59,436 bases of DNA from a virus (lineage: Duplodnaviria; Caudoviricetes). The translations under genes were made by a program, and so were the position numbers. The number at the start of each line of letters is the position of its first letter. Position 1 is the stretch's first letter. The stretch covers positions 1-59,436 of the IMG/VR virus record IMGVR_UViG_3300027265_000045; one strand, 5' to 3'. Below, in pieces: positions 38,453 through 47,182 of the stretch. The notes beneath the pieces are model-generated. The model was not told the origin of the DNA. It did not search any database and saw only the letters and a list, made by a program, of their open reading frames with translations.

Positions 38453-38974
38453 TTAACTGTATCCAAACTCTTTAGCCATTTTAACCAGGCGCAATACCTT
38501 ATTTTTTCGCTTTCGGTACTCATCTTTGATAAGCGCATCGTACGAATCTTCACCAAAAATCAATGTTGAGAATGCCGAAATGATGGTTTTGCGGTTCATT
38601 CCCATTTCGCGGCCTACTGAAACCATGGACCAGTGATCGAGGTGAGCGCAAGCTTCGATATAATCGCCTATTTTGCTCACATCTTCGGCAGAATAATACA
38701 TAAACCGTCGTTTGTCATTGGTATTGGGATGATCGGGCATGATAAGTTTAACGAATTTAGTACCTGGTACCGGTTTTGGAATAGGAAATCGTGATGTGCG
38801 AACCCGTGAATGAAGGAATTTTCCGAGATCCTCGCTGCGCTTTATCTTGATGGGTTCGTCATCGGCATCGAAAACGAACTTCAAGTAATTGATATACCAG
38901 TCTTTTTTAAGTTCAAGGTTTATAGTACGGTAAGTTATTGTAACATCGTCCATTATATACAATATTTTATGCAA
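38453..38974 (-). CDS. Hypothetical protein, candidate late-gene regulator
   Basis: Between the origin and the structural genes; basic C-terminus YDALIKDEYRKRK. Confidence 0.5.
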   Translation of the reverse strand: MHKILYIMDDVTITYRTINLELKKDWYINYLKFVFDADDEPIKIKRSEDLGKFLHSRVRTSRFPIPKPVPGTKFVKLIMPDHPNTNDKRRFMYYSAEDVSKIGDYIEACAHLDHWSMVSVGREMGMNRKTIISAFSTLIFGEDSYDALIKDEYRKRKNKVLRLVKMAKEFGYS

Positions 38975-39090
38975 ATATGCAATAGGAAATTTATAAAATA
39001 TAGTGCAATTTTAAAAAAATGAGAGGAGTACTGGTTAATAATCATGGTTGTTTCGCTTGCAAGTAGGACTTAGGGAAAAACGCGAATATT

Positions 39091-39417
39091 TTAGTACGTT
39101 AGTACTTTAGTACGGAAATATTTATAATTGATTGATTAATAGATAATTGAACTTTAGTGCTCTGCACTAGTTTGAAATTAGTACGGATTAGTGCAGATTC
39201 GTGCAATTTTAGTACGGAAAATAGCCTTTGTAAGTAATTAAAGATCAAAAAGATAGACAAAAATAATTTTAGTACGTACTATTGCACGAAAATTTACTCT
39301 ATTTTAACTAAGTATACTTTCAAAAAAAAGAAAATATTAATAAAAAGTATATATATACCTATATATAAGCGAATTACACAAAATTTTGTTTTTATTTCCC
39401 GGCCTGCTTTGCACTAA
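39091..39417. repeat. AT-rich iteron region, putative replication origin
   Basis: About a dozen TAGT(A/G)C or TCGTGC units in direct and inverted orientation in the largest intergenic gap. Confidence 0.6.
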
Positions 39418-39503
39418 AGTTCTTTTTCAAAGATAAGGGGTGAAGGGGGAGCGGCGAAAAATCGGCTCCATGGTAAGAGTATTGCTTCACTACGTTCGCA
39501 AAT

Positions 39504-39618
39504 AAAGGTGTGCTTCGCACGTATAATAACCCCTCTGTCCTGCGGACATCTCCCCTTTGGGCTTCGGCTACGCTCAGCCACCAATGGGAGAATTAAAAGG
39601 TGTGCTTCGCACGTATAA
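39504..39618. repeat. Two 23-bp direct repeats flanking REP-like hairpins
   Basis: AAAGGTGTGCTTCGCACGTATAA at 39504-39526 and 39596-39618, 69 bp apart. Confidence 0.7.
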
Positions 39619-39622
39619 ATGA

Positions 39623-39647
39623 ATAAAGCCGCTGTGAGCGGCTTTAT
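39623..39647. terminator. Terminator of the early/middle operon
   Basis: ATAAAGCCGCT-GTG-AGCGGCTTTAT. Confidence 0.7.
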
Positions 39648-39691
39648 GGGGAGCGGAACTGTATTAATGCCAATTAACCTTTAATAACGGC

Positions 39692-40129
39692 TTACAGCTT
39701 GTCAAGTTGTTCCAGTAATAAAGAACGATCCTGTATTTTCTCGCGAAGGATTACTCCAAGGATTTCGAGGGTATTGGATGGATCCACGTTGATTGTTAAA
39801 TCCTGGTATGAGAATTTGTCGGGGTTGGATGCTATGACAGCAAATTTGCTTGCCATTTTCCCCTGCATATAATCGCTTATCATCTCTCTCATATCAAACA
39901 AAGGAGCTATATAATGATCGGTTGTCATACCAAAGGTTGTTTCACTGGGCTCACGCATTTTAAACTCTCCCTGTTTGGGCTGTGGTTCCCGGAGTTTAAT
40001 TTCTATAACAGGAACCAAATCGGTGGATGTTATATCCATGGCCATGGATTCAATCTTCAGGATCAGTTTATCCAGGGCTTTAATCTGCTCGAGGATTTTT
40101 ACGGCTTTTTCGACGGTTTTGGGTTTCAT
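39692..40129 (-). CDS. Hypothetical protein
   Basis: ORF in the tightly packed minus-strand operon. Confidence 0.6.
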   Translation of the reverse strand: MKPKTVEKAVKILEQIKALDKLILKIESMAMDITSTDLVPVIEIKLREPQPKQGEFKMREPSETTFGMTTDHYIAPLFDMREMISDYMQGKMASKFAVIASNPDKFSYQDLTINVDPSNTLEILGVILREKIQDRSLLLEQLDKL

Positions 40130-40132
40130 GAG

Positions 40133-40318
40133 TTAGATGGTTTTGTGGTAGGATTTATTTATTTGATCGCGCGAATATTTTTCAGCACGTCTGCGCTCAA
40201 TAGCTTTTAATATTAATTGGCGTGAATGATCCGTTGATGGTACGCTTTCATCTTCATGAGCATCAGCCCACACTATATCCACTAAATGAAATAATAACTT
40301 TCGGTCAATTGCTTTCAT
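40133..40318 (-). CDS. Small hypothetical protein
   Basis: Fills the gap with 2-3 bp spacing. Confidence 0.55.
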   Translation of the reverse strand: MKAIDRKLLFHLVDIVWADAHEDESVPSTDHSRQLILKAIERRRAEKYSRDQINKSYHKTI

Positions 40319-40320
40319 TG

Positions 40321-41541
40321 TTACACTGCTTTTGTTAATCCTGATTTACCTACCCAATCGCGGAAGAGGATTGGCATTACCGATCCATCGCGGTACACTT
40401 TATCCAGGGTAATGTCGGCGGTTATTTCATCGCCGGTCCATTTGTTGGGAAATGTGCGTAATGCGATGAGCTCGCGGATCCTTGCCTCTTCTTCCTGATC
40501 GATCAGCAGGAATTCAGTTCCTTTTGAGGTGGCGTTTACCCGTTTTTGGATATCCAGTATTTTATCGAGGAAATAAAGCCTGGCTTCGAGGGTTAAAGGT
40601 CCGATACGTTGCTGGTTCTTACTGAGCTTACCATCTTTGTTACGGTCGCCACCCGATTTACGATGGCGGTATTGTGGCAGGCGCATTTTACGGTACAAGG
40701 GTTTAAGTTCCATCAATGGAGTAAGATGTTTCCATGCTGTTATCTTGATTACTTCGGTTAAAGCTTTCTCTTTCGAAACTAATGGACAGGCAATGCACCC
40801 GGTACGGGCTGCGATATCGCCGGCATTATCGCCGCCATAGGCATCGGCAAGTATTGCGGTTGGCCATTCGCCGTAATCCTTGGATGGGGCAAATACTTTA
40901 AGCCAATCCCATATGGAACATACACGCCAATGTAATAAAGGCGCCAGAGTGCTGCATAAATCGGTACTCAGCCCGGTTTGGTACCAGCCCTGGCCACATT
41001 CGGCATCACCTTTGGCGCAACTCATATGTATTTTGCCATCACGTATAGCACTTTCGCCCTGCCGTACGCCGGTAAGCATTAATATTTTTTCACCGGTTTC
41101 GTTGTATAGGTCCTGCAGGGCTTTCTCCATAGGTTCAATCTTTATTTGCCCGGTACACCAGCGCATAGTATTGGAAGGAGGCGGAACGCCACGGCCGAGG
41201 ATATACGTCATAAACCGATCATCCATATCAGCCATTACGGTACGAACTTCAATGCCTTTGCCTTTCAATTTTTTGATAATAAATTCGGAAGCAATCCAAA
41301 GCGGCGGCAGCTCCATGCGTGTATCGGCACGCAGAACTGTAAGCGAATGCGGTTTCATTATCTGGCCGGTTTCGATAAGCTGTACCAATAAGGTAAGCAA
41401 GGCGGTTGAATCCTTGCCCATGCTCCAGGCAATTGCCCAATGCTTATGAAACTGGCCGTATGCGTTAACTGATTCGCATGTGAGGCGGATCTGCTCGTTA
41501 AAATCGATGCGTTTTACTCCGAATAGGTTTAGATCTTCCAT
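40321..41541 (-). CDS. PAPS reductase family protein (DndC-like, Cys-containing)
   Basis: IAWSMGKDS, ADTRMELP, RWCTGQIKIEP, GVRQGESAIRD, RTGCIACPL. Confidence 0.85.
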   Translation of the reverse strand: MEDLNLFGVKRIDFNEQIRLTCESVNAYGQFHKHWAIAWSMGKDSTALLTLLVQLIETGQIMKPHSLTVLRADTRMELPPLWIASEFIIKKLKGKGIEVRTVMADMDDRFMTYILGRGVPPPSNTMRWCTGQIKIEPMEKALQDLYNETGEKILMLTGVRQGESAIRDGKIHMSCAKGDAECGQGWYQTGLSTDLCSTLAPLLHWRVCSIWDWLKVFAPSKDYGEWPTAILADAYGGDNAGDIAARTGCIACPLVSKEKALTEVIKITAWKHLTPLMELKPLYRKMRLPQYRHRKSGGDRNKDGKLSKNQQRIGPLTLEARLYFLDKILDIQKRVNATSKGTEFLLIDQEEEARIRELIALRTFPNKWTGDEITADITLDKVYRDGSVMPILFRDWVGKSGLTKAV

Positions 41542-41676
41542 TTGATTGCGTGTTATTAAAGTTTACTATGTTGAAAGTTAAATAGTGCTGTGTTTATTTA
41601 ACTTTTCTATTGATCATAAAAAGATTAAGTAAAAAGAAAGCGTTCGTTTTGCCTCCTGAAAGTGAGTTTACTGTAT

Positions 41677-41934
41677 TCATTTTTTAATTATTGTAACGCT
41701 ACATGCATATAACCCGGTGAAATAATGAATCATTTCATCCTGATCTTTGAATACCTTTAACGGGATACCGCTTCCCCATCCTGTATAAACCAGGTATTGA
41801 TCAACCAGATAAATTTTAGCACCGGTTGAAGCTCCTTCCCATGGACCATTCTTATGTGTAGTAGTTACCACATAAGCGTTATGTTTCTTACTGAATTCAA
41901 TTTTTACAGAGGTTATAATTTGTGCCATGGTCAT
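41677..41934 (-). CDS. Hypothetical protein
   Basis: Overlaps the upstream gene stop. Confidence 0.55.
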   Translation of the reverse strand: MTMAQIITSVKIEFSKKHNAYVVTTTHKNGPWEGASTGAKIYLVDQYLVYTGWGSGIPLKVFKDQDEMIHYFTGLYACSVTIIKK

Positions 41935-42509
41935 TTTTCTGTTTTAAGTAAAAAGGATTTTCCCGTTAAAGGTGCCGGATAAACATCTTTTAATCTCCCA
42001 TATTCATCAATCAGGCAATAACACTTGAGTAATCCCTGTTTTGTTCGTTTAAATCCTTCGTGATGGTATTGTTTTTCAAATGCCTGTGCCCATGTATCGA
42101 AATCAAAAGAAATTACTTTGCAATGAATCAGGTTCATTATTTTATCCAGAATTTGCTTTTCGCGATGTCCGGAACTGAAGTTTAAGGCATAATCTTGTTT
42201 TAGAGTTTTTATATATATGTACCATCCTGAGAAAAAATTAGTGTCATTAAAGAATACCCATATAAAACAAGCCCGTTCCGTTTCATGCCTTAGCTTTAAT
42301 TTAAGATTATTCTTCTGTTTTTCTGTTCGCTTTGCAAAAACATGTTTCCATGTTATTGGAATCCATTTTTCATATGAGTTATTCCTTTCGAAATAGCACA
42401 CATTCCTGGGAGCTTTAAATCTATTCTCATTGCTTCTTTTAATATTCCACCAAAACTCTGCAGCTTTACGCGGCATAGTTTGTGATAATGATCCTGTTAG
42501 GTTACCCAT
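41931..42509 (-). CDS. Hypothetical protein
   Basis: Overlaps the radical SAM gene stop. Confidence 0.6.
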   Translation of the reverse strand: MGNLTGSLSQTMPRKAAEFWWNIKRSNENRFKAPRNVCYFERNNSYEKWIPITWKHVFAKRTEKQKNNLKLKLRHETERACFIWVFFNDTNFFSGWYIYIKTLKQDYALNFSSGHREKQILDKIMNLIHCKVISFDFDTWAQAFEKQYHHEGFKRTKQGLLKCYCLIDEYGRLKDVYPAPLTGKSFLLKTEK

Positions 42510-43332
42510 GACAATTGGATGTATGCATTAATGTTTCTTCATGCAATTTATAATCCCTCCCCACGCAATTGGCCGGTAATTCTTCACGGGTAATACCAGA
42601 TTGTTTCAGAAATGAATCTTTATAGTAAATAGGAGTATTGGGTAAATCATGTTCTATCCAGCGCATCATAACAAGTAACTCCATCTGATCATACTTTTTG
42701 CCTGCCATTAAACCAATTTTATACAAATCGCAGAAACCGACAGTCTTTTGGATCATCAGTAAACTGGCATTAACATCAATTATAGGTTCAATGCTAGCAA
42801 AAGTTTTGAAACCTTTTTCATGCAAAAACCGCATTGTGTTTATACGCTTTGCATTAGTGCTTGCACCGGGTTCCAATTCATCATGCCCGGTCAGTGTAAA
42901 TCCAAACGAAAGATTTTTATATGCATTTCTTAAATAGCCGATATTTAACAGAATATTCCAATCAACTCTTTTTGTGAGTATTTTAACAGGAATATTCCAG
43001 CTTAGGCATAATTCCATTGCACGTAATGTCAAACGGTAAGTTTCCGGAAGCAATGGATCTGTTGTGAATGAAAAGAATAAACCATGTTGCTGCAGCTCAC
43101 GTTCATTTGTTGCCATTTCTGTGCAAAAGATATCCATTGCGTGTTGTTCATCCCTGAAACATTTCTTCAGCACCGCCTTATCACCTCCCATGGTACCGGC
43201 CAGTCTTCCTTTTTTGCAATAACAATACTCGCATCCATTGGAGCATCCAACATAAAAATTACATGCCCATTGAGCGTATTCACCGGCTTTGCCTGATGGG
43301 TTGTAAATTGCTTTTCCTTTAAATTGTTTCAT
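42502..43332 (-). CDS. Radical SAM protein (SPL-like)
   Basis: CSNGCEYC (CxxxCxxC), SFTTDP, KILTK, LEPGAS, ASIEPI. Confidence 0.85.
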   Translation of the reverse strand: MKQFKGKAIYNPSGKAGEYAQWACNFYVGCSNGCEYCYCKKGRLAGTMGGDKAVLKKCFRDEQHAMDIFCTEMATNERELQQHGLFFSFTTDPLLPETYRLTLRAMELCLSWNIPVKILTKRVDWNILLNIGYLRNAYKNLSFGFTLTGHDELEPGASTNAKRINTMRFLHEKGFKTFASIEPIIDVNASLLMIQKTVGFCDLYKIGLMAGKKYDQMELLVMMRWIEHDLPNTPIYYKDSFLKQSGITREELPANCVGRDYKLHEETLMHTSNCHG

Positions 43333-43341
43333 TTTTAGTGA

Positions 43342-43647
43342 TTAAGTAAACAGGTATCTTTCGTTTTCTTCTTTAATGGTGGTTGTGAATGGGAACCCTG
43401 AGGCGGGAACCTGCTCAATTACTTCGATCAGTCCGGATGAACCGGTGAAAACGATGTGCTTTTCGTTGTTGAATGATATTTGAAGGTGCAGGCATTTTCC
43501 TGAGCCACGGTCCTTAAACACTTTGGATTCCTCAATTTTAAATGCGTGTACCACGATTTCGCGGTTAAGTATTTTCGACATTTTGATTTTGTCGCCCTCA
43601 AAATTCTTTGAGGCTGTAGCAATGTTGAATTGACTGAAACTATTCAT
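43342..43647 (-). CDS. Small protein translationally coupled to the DGR RT
   Basis: ATG at 43647 overlaps the RT stop (ATGAATAG); 101 aa, beta-rich. Confidence 0.7.
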   Translation of the reverse strand: MNSFSQFNIATASKNFEGDKIKMSKILNREIVVHAFKIEESKVFKDRGSGKCLHLQISFNNEKHIVFTGSSGLIEVIEQVPASGFPFTTTIKEENERYLFT

Positions 43648-44593
43648 GAAGTAGTTTTTTAAGTAAGTGTTTGCTGTTGCAGTGCGATGCCCATCCGTTG
43701 TACGATGCAATGGATTGCCGGTTCCGGTTCCGGATCAGCATCCGGGCAAAGTTTTGTTTGATGCTTTTGCGCAATAAAGTGTGGGTGTGAAAGAAAACAT
43801 ATCCTACAAAATCAATCCCTCGTTTGCTGACCGGGAATACCTGGTAGTTATGTTTTACCTCGAGCTTCAGGTTTACATCCAGGTATTGCCTGATATCGGC
43901 AAGCAGCTGGTGCAAATAGGCTTTTGATGGGGAGAGGATTACCATATCATCAGCATAGCGGAAGTAATATTTTACCTGTCGCTGCTCTTTCATCCAGTGG
44001 TCGAAGTAAGTAAGATAGAAATTGGCAAAATACTGGCTCAGGTAGTTGCCTATGGGTAAACCTTCGGCGCTGTCGATAATACCATCGAGAAGCCATAAAA
44101 GGTCCTGATCTTTTATTTTGCGCCGAAGCAGCCGTTTAAGCGTGTCGTGATCGACTGTTGGATAAAACTTGCGGATATCTAGTTTAAAGCAATACTGGGT
44201 GCCAGGTATGTCGCGCAAAGCTTGTTTAACAGCATTGGCAGCGGCATGTATTCCGCGTTTCTTGATGCAGCTGTATGTGTCGGCTGTAAAAACGGATACA
44301 AACAGTGGTTCCAGTATATTCATTACCGCATGATGTGTGATGCGATCAGGGAAATAAGGCAGGCGAAAAATTAAACGCTCCTTGGGTTCCCTGATGGTAA
44401 AGGTGGTGTATTCCGAAGTGGTGTATGTTTTACGTACCAGCATTTGGTGCAGTGCTTGAATATTTGCTTCGCGGTTTTTGTCGTGCGCTACAACGCCGGG
44501 TTGTTTTAGCTTGCCTTTACGGGCAATGCTGTCGGCTAGTTGAAGGTTTTCAACGCTGCAGATGCTTGCGTACAGATTTCCGGTTCTTTTCAT
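43640..44593 (-). CDS. DGR reverse transcriptase
   Basis: PKERLI, DRITHHA, LDIRKFY, GLPIGNYLSQ (DGR-type SQ motif), YFRYADD. Confidence 0.95.
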   Translation of the reverse strand: MKRTGNLYASICSVENLQLADSIARKGKLKQPGVVAHDKNREANIQALHQMLVRKTYTTSEYTTFTIREPKERLIFRLPYFPDRITHHAVMNILEPLFVSVFTADTYSCIKKRGIHAAANAVKQALRDIPGTQYCFKLDIRKFYPTVDHDTLKRLLRRKIKDQDLLWLLDGIIDSAEGLPIGNYLSQYFANFYLTYFDHWMKEQRQVKYYFRYADDMVILSPSKAYLHQLLADIRQYLDVNLKLEVKHNYQVFPVSKRGIDFVGYVFFHTHTLLRKSIKQNFARMLIRNRNRQSIASYNGWASHCNSKHLLKKLLHE

Positions 44594-44849
44594 CTCTTTT
44601 GTTTAACAATTACATTTACCATATTGACAAGTTTATAACCCCCGTTACATTCTTCACATTGAAGAAACCAAGGCCAACAATGACAACATGCCTTGCAATT
44701 CTTTTCTTTCTTTTTCATTGTATATTAAATCAAAAGGAGGTAAAACACTTTGCCTGATTAAAAATCGTTTTCCCGCTCAGGTACCAACGCTTTTTTAGAG
44801 TTTACTTTATTTTTTTGCCGTGTGGGCAGGGTTTACGCCGCGTTAATAA

Positions 44850-44930
44850 GCATAGGTGAGAGCTGACATTCGTATTCGTGTTCGTATAGTTGTAATTCGA
44901 ATTCGAAAAACTGAACCCGGAGGACAGGGC
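44850..44930 (-). repeat. DGR template repeat (TR)
   Basis: Non-coding; AAY-rich on minus (reads LSSGFSFSNSNYNYTNTNTNVSSHLC); differs from both VRs only at adenines. Confidence 0.95.
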
Positions 44931-44964
44931 TGTCAGACAATCGCAGCATACAACCGGTACTGTT

Positions 44965-45399
44965 TTATTTCAAAATCAAAAGGCTCTGCTTATACTCCTC
45001 CTGAAATGTTTTTCCGATGTACAGGGCTGTTTTGCTGCTATATGTGCAAAGGCGAGAGCCGACAGTCGTATCCGCGCCCGTAAAGCCGTAACCCGAAAAC
45101 GAAAAACCGAACCCGGAGGACAGGGCCGCTGATGCTTCAACCAAAAACCATGGATAATACTTTAATTGACTGCTATCATTCCAGTCAGGTTCCCATCCGT
45201 TATTAATGGCCTTAAAAATGATAAACAATTTGTATAGGTTAACAATAGCCGTCCTAAATTCTTCAGGTATCATTGATACATCTGGAAGTGCTTCCGGATC
45301 CAGTTGTAATTTTTTGCATGCGTCCTCATACGATTTGATTGTACGATAATCAAATACCGGTTTGCCTTTTGCTGTCTTTTTTGTTTTCGCTGTTGTCAT
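44965..45399 (-). CDS. DGR target protein 1
   Basis: Contains VR1; paralogue of 45409-45882 (IKSYEDAC, AINNGWEPDWND, KYYPWF, VGSRLC). Confidence 0.9.
   Translation of the reverse strand: MTTAKTKKTAKGKPVFDYRTIKSYEDACKKLQLDPEALPDVSMIPEEFRTAIVNLYKLFIIFKAINNGWEPDWNDSSQLKYYPWFLVEASAALSSGFGFSFSGYGFTGADTTVGSRLCTYSSKTALYIGKTFQEEYKQSLLILK
45046..45126 (-). repeat. DGR variable repeat VR1
   Basis: 81-bp ungapped match to TR, 16 mismatches, all at TR adenines. Confidence 0.95.
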
Positions 45400-45408
45400 T
45401 TTGGGGTT

Positions 45409-45882
45409 TTATTTAAGGGTTAAAAATTGTTCGTATAAATCAATAAATTGTTGGCCTGCATAATCGGACGTTAATTTGTCGCGAAAGCAAAGGCGAGAGC
45501 CGACACCCGCAGCCGCGGCCGTATAGAAGTAATTCGAATCCGAAAAACCGAACCCGGAGGACAGGTTAAACCACGGATACCACTTCTTTTGATTGGAGTC
45601 GTTCCAGTCGGGGATCCATCCCTCGTTTAATGCTCCTACAATAACCTTCAATTTTTTGTAAGCTATTTCGTCAGGATCTTCATCTTCGTCAAAAATTGGT
45701 CTGCACGCATTATTCGATATTCCTAATTCTTCGCAACCATCCTCAAATGTTTTAATGCGATCGGTAATTTTTTGAGAGAAACACTCAGCTCCGAACGAGC
45801 TGATAAGTATTTCTTTTACTTCTTCCGAAGACTTTTTAAAAATCTTGCGGGCTGTTGTTTGGTCTAACTGCAGGTTTTTCAT
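45409..45882 (-). CDS. DGR target protein 2
   Basis: Contains VR2; IKTFEDGC, ALNEGWIPDWND, KWYPWF, VGSRLC. Confidence 0.9.
   Translation of the reverse strand: MKNLQLDQTTARKIFKKSSEEVKEILISSFGAECFSQKITDRIKTFEDGCEELGISNNACRPIFDEDEDPDEIAYKKLKVIVGALNEGWIPDWNDSNQKKWYPWFNLSSGFGFSDSNYFYTAAAAGVGSRLCFRDKLTSDYAGQQFIDLYEQFLTLK
45487..45565 (-). repeat. DGR variable repeat VR2
   Basis: 79-bp ungapped match to TR, 15 mismatches, all at TR adenines. Confidence 0.95.
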
Positions 45883-45904
45883 GTGTGATTTGTCTATTGG
45901 TTAT

Positions 45905-46597
45905 TTATTGGTTATTAATGCGTTTAAATTCAATTACCCATACCCATGGATTGGATTTCCAGCTTTCTTCGCCGTTTATTTTCATCCATATTGAAGCGAA
46001 TCCTGTTCTGTAGTTTGGTTCCCTCGAGGAAAACTTAACGCTTGAATGCATATTGGTTAATGCTTCAGCTCCTTCGGACATTGCATCAGCTTCCGAAATA
46101 TTATGGAGGCACTCAACTCTGATATTAGTTATCTCAAGTAATAGACGAGAAGCTTTGCGGGGCATAAACATGGAGCTGCGTTTGTACCATCCCATTTTAT
46201 AAGTTTTGCCTGTTTGCAGGCGTTGGGGTTTATTCTCTTGGTATTTATAAACGAAGTCGATACCGGTGCAATCAACAAAACTGTATTTATTCTTACCTGT
46301 TTTTGTTTTACCTTTTTGCTCCCAATATCCGTAGGCATAATACATTTCTTTTACCCAAAGTTTATCACCTGGTTTGCCAAATGGACAGATAGATCCGGCA
46401 CAACTCTCACTATCATTTTTACCTTTAAAATGAGCAAAACTATCTCCATCAGTTAATCCGGCAAATTCTATTGAAGGATTGTTAAAGAAATTAACTTTAG
46501 TAACTATTCTCCTGGTCATTGTTTTTCTCTCTTCCAAAATGGCCTGCACCATTGGAGTACTGAATAAAATCGGGTGTTCTGTGTTTCTTGCTTTCAT
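45905..46597 (-). CDS. ASCH/PUA-like phage protein
   Basis: PILFSTPMVQAILEERKTMTRR, GDKLWVKE, SMFMPRKASR, NPWVWVIEF. Confidence 0.75.
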   Translation of the reverse strand: MKARNTEHPILFSTPMVQAILEERKTMTRRIVTKVNFFNNPSIEFAGLTDGDSFAHFKGKNDSESCAGSICPFGKPGDKLWVKEMYYAYGYWEQKGKTKTGKNKYSFVDCTGIDFVYKYQENKPQRLQTGKTYKMGWYKRSSMFMPRKASRLLLEITNIRVECLHNISEADAMSEGAEALTNMHSSVKFSSREPNYRTGFASIWMKINGEESWKSNPWVWVIEFKRINNQ

Positions 46598-46708
46598 GAC
46601 TGTTGTTTTTTGTAATAATTACGTGTTATTCAATTGCAATAAAAACCAGTAAGAGCAGGCATCCAAGTAAGGTTATTACCAAAGCGACTTCAATTTTCTG
46701 ATTGGCTG

Positions 46709-47182
46709 TCATATAGCTATTTTTAAAAGGTTTGAGAATTTAATATTCCTGAACAAAAGGTCGTCGGCAATCAATTTTTCGATTGTAGCACCGTTGGATT
46801 GCTCCCAATTTTCGAGCAGGTATATTTTATCGCAGTGTTTTACCATGGCGGTAAGGCAAATACACATGGCTGTTAGCCAACTTGCAGTATGTGGAACTAT
46901 GCGCATTGGATTTATGGTTTTGTATCCGCAGCTGTTAAGCATGTACTCGGCCTGAACAAACAGTGTGAACGCTTCGGTATAATTGAGGCCGCTAACCTGA
47001 CCAGCCATGTACACATAATCGGTTCCCAGCACTGGCACATAATTGTCGTGGGCTTGCACATCGGGCATGTACATCCGGATGTAAGGAGCCATATCGATAA
47101 TGGCTTCGTGGGGTATACGGCCGGATGCAATGTCCTGTAATCCGTGCATTAGTGTTTCAGTTGTCATCGTGGTTTTGGTCAT
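46709..47182 (-). CDS. DUF4406-like (nucleoside deoxyribosyltransferase-like fold) protein
   Basis: VYMAGQVSG, INPM, CDKIYLLENWEQSNGATIE. Confidence 0.75.
   Translation of the reverse strand: MTKTTMTTETLMHGLQDIASGRIPHEAIIDMAPYIRMYMPDVQAHDNYVPVLGTDYVYMAGQVSGLNYTEAFTLFVQAEYMLNSCGYKTINPMRIVPHTASWLTAMCICLTAMVKHCDKIYLLENWEQSNGATIEKLIADDLLFRNIKFSNLLKIAI

Noticed and set aside
39504-39618. CRISPR mini-array
   Set aside because: Only two 23-bp repeats; the 69-bp spacer is itself made of REP-like hairpins; 14 kb from the Cas genes with no cas6 or cas1. Kept only as a low-score lead.
40321-41541. Complete Dnd phosphorothioation system
   Set aside because: No dndA/B/D/E or ssp partner genes are recognisable in the window.
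43640-44593. Group II intron or retron RT
   Set aside because: Short RT without maturase or endonuclease domains, with an SQ motif and an adjacent TR/VR set showing adenine-only mismatches, which indicates a DGR.
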